Positions 57,558 to 64,000 of a stretch of DNA of 64,000 bases are shown here, one piece after another. The stretch lies in NCBI RefSeq assembly GCF_009914755.1, contig NC_060945.1, one strand, 5' to 3'. The notes beneath the pieces are model-generated. The model worked only from the letters and a program-made list of their open reading frames with translations. It had not been told where the DNA came from and searched no databases. The stretch's first letter is position 1. Every line of letters begins with the position of its first letter. This DNA is from the human T2T-CHM13v2.0 reference genome, Homo sapiens. The translations under genes were made by a program, and so were the position numbers.

Positions 57558-60243
57558 GTAAGAATCATGGAAAGCACTGCCTGTCGTCTCTGTGAGGAGT
57601 TCGTCACTTGAAAAGCTTGTGGGGCAGAGGATGGGGATGGTAGCAGGTACATGGGGAAACAGATTATGTAGAAACAAGTTATTCTGCTGCTTTGGCTTTT
57701 CGGTTTCCCTTTGCTAAAATTAAAGTCTTTTAAATGTTTTTTGGATTTATACTTTCAGAGGTAGTAGACTTTTAGTTTTATTAGTTGACATTTCCAGAAT
57801 TTGAAAGCTTAGCTAAATATTTATTTTATCTTGTGTGACTGTTCCTTCCAAATGTATCCAGTCTTAAGTGGTTCCCCAAATTCCAGCTCTTCGTGCGATC
57901 CAACCCTAGGTCTGGCTGCGGAGGTGGCTCTCCATTGTTCTTGGAACGCTGCATTTTTGTCTGAGTGATGGGTGGGCAGGAAGTTGTTAAGCAGGTGTTC
58001 TACTAGACTTTGAGAAAAGAAGATTAAAGCAGACAAGCCTACATAATCACCAGTTATAACCTGGAGAAAAGCAGGAATAATTTTCTTACCCTCATTGGGA
58101 TTACGTCACCCGGCCTGTAGACCATCAGGGGCCTGAGAGGCATTAGAGTCTCTATCGTAGAAGAACGAGGAAATCATCCACTGCCAGAGACAGTGCATTC
58201 ACAGCCCAGTGGCCCCTCGCTCACTCTCCGGGAGTTGGCAGGGACCCAGCTCCAGGACTGCAATTCTGTGACCTTTGGAGCTGTGCTTCCTCCACTCCTG
58301 CCAGTGGCTGAGCCCTGGGTGGCTGCCCTCTGCAGCCCTGGTCGGCAGAGGCAATGCAGAGGCTGGCTGTTTTGTGACGGTCCTAGGTTCCCCACTCTCC
58401 AGCAGCTTTCAGGGGATGTTAAACATTCATTTACCCAAAAGATTCTAAAATTCCCCCTTGGCCCCTGATAAGCAAGAAACTTCCATGCCTCTCAAGTTGT
58501 TGACTGTGGAAAACGTTTGCAGACCTTTGAAAATGTGGTTTTTAAGAGAGAAGAATATGAAAAGAGGTGGTGGGCCTTAAACACTCATCCGCTTGACAAG
58601 AAACTCTCAAATCAGTACCAGTAACCAGTCATTATAAATCTGAATACTACTACTTCTTGTCTTTCTGGTTAGAGAAATATACAAACAGCTCAAGAAAATG
58701 GTAAATTATAAAGATGGAAGTGACTATTGAAGAGACTTGGTGAGCGTGTTGGAGTTGAAGGATCTGGTGTAGTTGGGGAGCTTGTGTGGGGTTTCAGGAT
58801 TGACCTAGAAAGGTTGGGTGTGGATTGTAGGGGAAGAAAAACAGCTTTACAGGTGGGAGAACTGCCTTGAGTGCTACGTGCAGGGATGGGCATCTCCATG
58901 AAGGCACCACCTGTTGGGCTGGGGGGCTGTTGGGGCAGATGTAGCGTGTAAGGTGGGCTGGCCTTTGGGGGAATCTTTGTCAGGCCACAGCTGTTGGGGT
59001 CCACCTGATGACTATGAGGGCCCCTGTGAGCCAGGAGCAAGTGGGAGCCCTGTCCCGGTCCCTCTCCCGGCTTTCCTGGTGGTCCATCTCAAAGCCCCCG
59101 CCCCTGACTCTCGTGTGTAGTGGTGTCCAGGCCACTCAAGACTTAGGGCTTCTGAGGAGGCGGCGTCAGGGTCAGCTCTTAGTTCAGTGTCATAAGTAAC
59201 AATATAAATAACTGCCGCTTACAGAGCCCTGGGGTATGACAAACTGCCACATACATTACCCCTGTGATCCTCACAGCAACCCTGCGAGTGCCCCTGTGAG
59301 GAAATTGAGGCTCGGGTCTTCGTTCCCCAGGCAGGGCTGCCACACACTCGAGAATTCCCTGTGGGTCAGGCTGCCTCCAGGGCCCCTACTCATCCTCTCT
59401 GTGCCTCAGGGTTTGTCCGGGTTTAATTACCTGAGTACAGTCCCAGCATCACCCTCAGAGCCTCCTAAACGCACAGATTTCCTGACCTAGCAGCTGCGAT
59501 GTGCCTGGGCATGGATTGGCTTGACGCTGAATCCTGTGGGTTTCTTTACCTTTCAAGATAGATCAGAACATCACACCACATCAAAACTAAACTTTATAGT
59601 GCCTTCTGAAGCGCCCGTGTGCTTGAGCTCATGATATAAATGGCATCAACGAAACTGAAAGTAGTAGTGATTCTGTTGACCCACAAAACAGTTGAGTGAT
59701 TATTTATAGCCTGCATTTCCCAGAATATTGTAAGCAAAACCAAAGCAAAATGTATTTGCTTACTTGAAATTGAACCAGAGGCTGTGAATTAGAAAGTGAG
59801 TCTTATTCTGTTATGTCATTTATAGAATGACACGGCACACCAGGTCACATTTAAGTTAGTTAAATGGAATGTTTAGACTTACCTTTGATCACTGCTGATT
59901 AATTGTATTTTTCTCGATGATGATGATAAAACCAGGGCTGGGAGGATAGTGGTGTTATAAGTGCAACCCTGTCCCTTCTATCTGCTGCTCCAGCTGTGGC
60001 CTAGCCTCAGGACTCAAGGCAAGCGTCTGCCCAAGCTGGTAGACAGGTGAGTCTGACTCCCAGCAGAGATCTTAGTGCGAGCTCTTTTCACCTGGACTGG
60101 GCCAGAAAAGAAACCTGAAAGCAGAGGCTTCCCGGAGAAGCTTAAACTGCAGGGGTCCCTGGAGCCAGGGGGATGGCAGCATTGATTTGAATGTGAGTGT
60201 GCCCACCCCTCTCTGGACACACAGGACTTAAAAGGAGAAAACT

Positions 60244-60549
<306 letters not shown>

Positions 60550-60986
60550 TCCTCAGTGGCAGACAGAAAACAAAGTCTGAAAAGCTGGAAGTATGTACTA
60601 TGGGTGGGAAACTTGTTATTTGGAAAGTTCCAATTCTCCCAGTGTTAATATTTAAATAAAATGCAACTCCAGTGAAAATCTTAGCAGGGTTTTTTTTAAT
60701 TGAATAAAATAATCTTAAAGTTTGTATGAAAGAATGTCCAGGAATTATCAAGAAAAGTGTAAAGATAACATTTTATGATATGAAAATATGCAAAAGATTA
60801 ACATATTTTAATACCATAATCAAATTATGATATTACATGAGAATAGACAAAAAAGTCAGTAGAATAGATTAGAAAATATGGAATATTTGACAGAGCTTAT
60901 TTAATAAATTTAATAAATGGTGTCGGCACAACTGGTTATTCGTCAGGAAGAAATAAATGTTGAATCCCTATTTTATAAAAACAAAT

Positions 60987-61275
<289 letters not shown>

Positions 61276-62293
61276 TGGATTAAAGACATGAATGTAAAAT
61301 ACAAAAAGTACAAATCCAAGAAGAAAATTATGTTTATCGTAGGAGTGAGTGTGAAGTTAGGAAACCCAAAGAAACAACGGGCAAGGGGGATGAACAAGCA
61401 GTTTACAGACACGGAATTCAGATCGCCAGGAAATATGTGAATGGTGTTCGAGTCTGCCGGTATTCCATATGCAAATTAAGGCAACACTGTGCTCAGTGGC
61501 TGGCACAGCATTGCCCAGGGCAGTAAGCGCTATTCACTGGTCGTGAGGGGAGAGGAGTTTTCATGCGTTCTTGATGGGATGTCAAGCGTTAGCGCCTTTT
61601 GGTGACACCCAGTGAAATAAAAAACACTACAGCCTTCAGACATACTTCTGGGAATTTCACCCTAAAAATAAAAGCACCTTACTTAGGAATATCTTCATAA
61701 GCATCTTTATGGCAGCTTTGTAGTGACCAAAAAAAGCAAAAAGGAAAAAAAAACAATGCTGGATATCAAGGGAACCTAATAAGTAGGTAAAAGTTTGAAT
61801 AAATTATCACAAGTCCGTATTATGAAATGTGCAGGTCCCTAAAAGAATTCATCACAGGCAAACCAGTTGACTCAGAAACATTTCCAGGAGGTACTTTGAG
61901 TAAGAAGTTAACATGTGCATAAGGATGTATAGAATGATTCCATTTTTGAGAAGTAAACAATGACCAAGAAGCTCCTCCATCTATTTCTGTATCCTTCATG
62001 AGTGGAGCATTTGCGTGTCTGTCCCTGAGTGTGTATAATGCATTTCACGTGGCACCTGTGACTCATCGCAGGAGGCTGGCCGTGGGCAGGTGCTGTTGTC
62101 TGTGGGGGAGAGCCTGGCTGGTCGCTCCTACTTTTGGTACCAAAACTGTAATTGCTCTTCCAGGACTTAGATAATGCTTTGGAGAATTCTTGTAGCCTTA
62201 TAAAAGGAATGTGAAGGACTGGTTAGAATCAGTGCACCCACACAGCCTAATGAGCCACGTAAAGTTGACTAGACAGATCGTCAAATGCAGATG

Positions 62294-62295
<2 letters not shown>

Positions 62296-62363
<68 letters not shown>

Positions 62364-62371
62364 CCCCCCCC
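62296..62371. repeat. (AC)~33 microsatellite followed by C11
   Basis: Directly visible. Confidence 0.95.
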
Positions 62372-62881
62372 TCTGTGTTGGCTGAAGGTGGAGTGAAACT
62401 GGCCTAACCCCACTGTCCTCCAGGGGGATTCAGTGAGGCCTGAATCCCCTGCTCCTGTCCTGTCCTCTCACTGTTGCCTTTCAGTGGCTCCTGCACCCTC
62501 CAGACTGCCTGATAATCTCCTCTATTGGAGGCCACGTACCTGCTGCAGAGAATGTGTCGCGTGGCTGTAGTCTTAGGCAACTTAGGTGGGGCTGAGAACC
62601 CAGGGCCACTTCTGTCTGCGAAGTGGCTCAAATTCAGCATGGAAAGAACGGAGCCTTCATGGAATGCAGGCGAATACAGTGAATGTTTGTGCCTAAATGA
62701 CTGCGTGGGGCTCTGCAGGTGTAGGATGAGGGAGGAGTCCAGTCTTTTCTAGTGTCATGAAATTCCCACCGCAGCTGCCTGCTGCTCCCCGGACGGGATT
62801 TCCTCTCGCTGCCAGTGGGAGGGGTGGGGAGGGCTGGATGTGGCGAGGGAGTCTGTAGACAGAAGACATTGCCAGCTCCCA

Positions 62882-62965
62882 GCCCCACCGCCTTCCCCGC
62901 ACACTCGTCGCGCTGTGACTCCCGGCCCCGCCGCCTTCCCCGCACACTCGTCGCGCTGTGACTCC
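62882..62965. repeat. CpG-rich tandem duplication (period 43)
   Basis: ccgccttccccgcacactcgtcgcgctgtgactcc at 62888 and 62931. Confidence 0.95.
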
Positions 62966-64000
62966 TGGCGGTTTTCTGTGTTCTTCCAGAAGATTGGCAC
63001 CTTTCTTCTCCCACCCCCACCCTCCACCCGCGATGGCATCTGCTGTTTATTTTTGTTGCTGTTCTGTGTGTTGCATGGACGCTTTAGCAGCCGTGACGCC
63101 CGCGTCTTCACAGGGCCCACTCAGCCTCCCGCCTCACATAAGTGTGGAGTTCAGTTGCTGCAGAGGCTTTTGCCTGATCAGTTTTTAATATCTACCTGAT
63201 GTCACAGGTTGATTTTGTATGTAACTTGTTGAAAGGCACTTGTGTAAAAAGGTGTAAAGAAAGCTGCTTTTATGAAAGCAGACGTTTCCCAAAGGACTTG
63301 ACCCCCTCCCCAAGTATTTCCGCAGGGATGGTGTGGCTATGCAGAGGTGAGGGTGCTTCCCTGAAGTGCTTTGGTGAGAATTTGCTCACCTGGCGAGGGG
63401 TTTGCTTACCAGTTCATCTTAACCTAATTAAGTTTGCATTGTCTCTGGAACGCCACGTTTGGGGGATAAAACTCATAGAAATACTGAAATATAGCAATGT
63501 TGTTGAAAACCTGTGGTTATGTAAATATCCTCAGAACTCTTTGTGCTGGAGTAATATGAAATCTCGATGGCTTTGGCAGCAGCCTTCCAACAGGTCTGCG
63601 GGGTGCGGGTGAAGGTGACCTTTCCAACATCAAGGAGAAGGGCCAGAGAGGCGCCCGGACTCACAGTGGCCCTTTCCTGGACCCTTCCCAGGGGCGGAGG
63701 GCCAGAGAGGCACACTCCGATTATGGTCCATCTTTATAGTAACGCTGGGACACAGGCATTGTCATGCCAACTCCATAACTGATGGCCAGGGAGTGTAAGT
63801 GATGTCACCAAGGCCAGAAGCCACAGAGAGGCACCAAGATCCCAGCTTAGGCCTGTCTGCTGCCGAAGCCTATATCCCTAACCAGGATGTGAGACCCCCA
63901 CTCATTACATAACAAAACTAGGAAAACTTTTCTGCTTATTTATGAAAAAAAGGGAACATTTCTAATCGGATATGTTTTCCACAGGTGGTTCCTCCCCAGA

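Overview
Human (primate) genomic DNA from the RSPH1/SLC37A1 locus, which I recall maps to 21q22.3. The minus strand carries the complete RSPH1 gene. Nine coding exons were joined by hand at GT-AG junctions (54+114+106+91+136+72+154+150+53 = 930 nt), giving a 309-aa MORN-repeat radial spoke head protein. The plus strand carries the 5' end of SLC37A1, an MFS sugar-phosphate/Pi exchanger arranged head-to-head with RSPH1: several candidate untranslated first exons, a CpG-island promoter and the first two coding exons (46 codons). The rest is intronic or intergenic sequence rich in Alu, L1, LTR and DNA-transposon relics and tandem repeats. I found no new protein-coding gene or multi-gene system; the other long ORFs come from Alus, the VNTR or GC-rich DNA. 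The best second-look candidates are regulatory. (1) A G-rich VNTR made of tandem copies of the RSPH1 exon-7 splice donor, stop-free in all three sense frames. (2) An interlocked uORF/overlapping-ORF pair just before the SLC37A1 start codon. (3) A tandemly duplicated RFX-CCAAT-GC-box module in the RSPH1 promoter. (4) A stop-free, in-frame 102-nt RSPH1 intron 2. (5) A 94-bp dispersed duplication with asymmetric divergence. Repeat subfamily calls are by eye and their boundaries are approximate.
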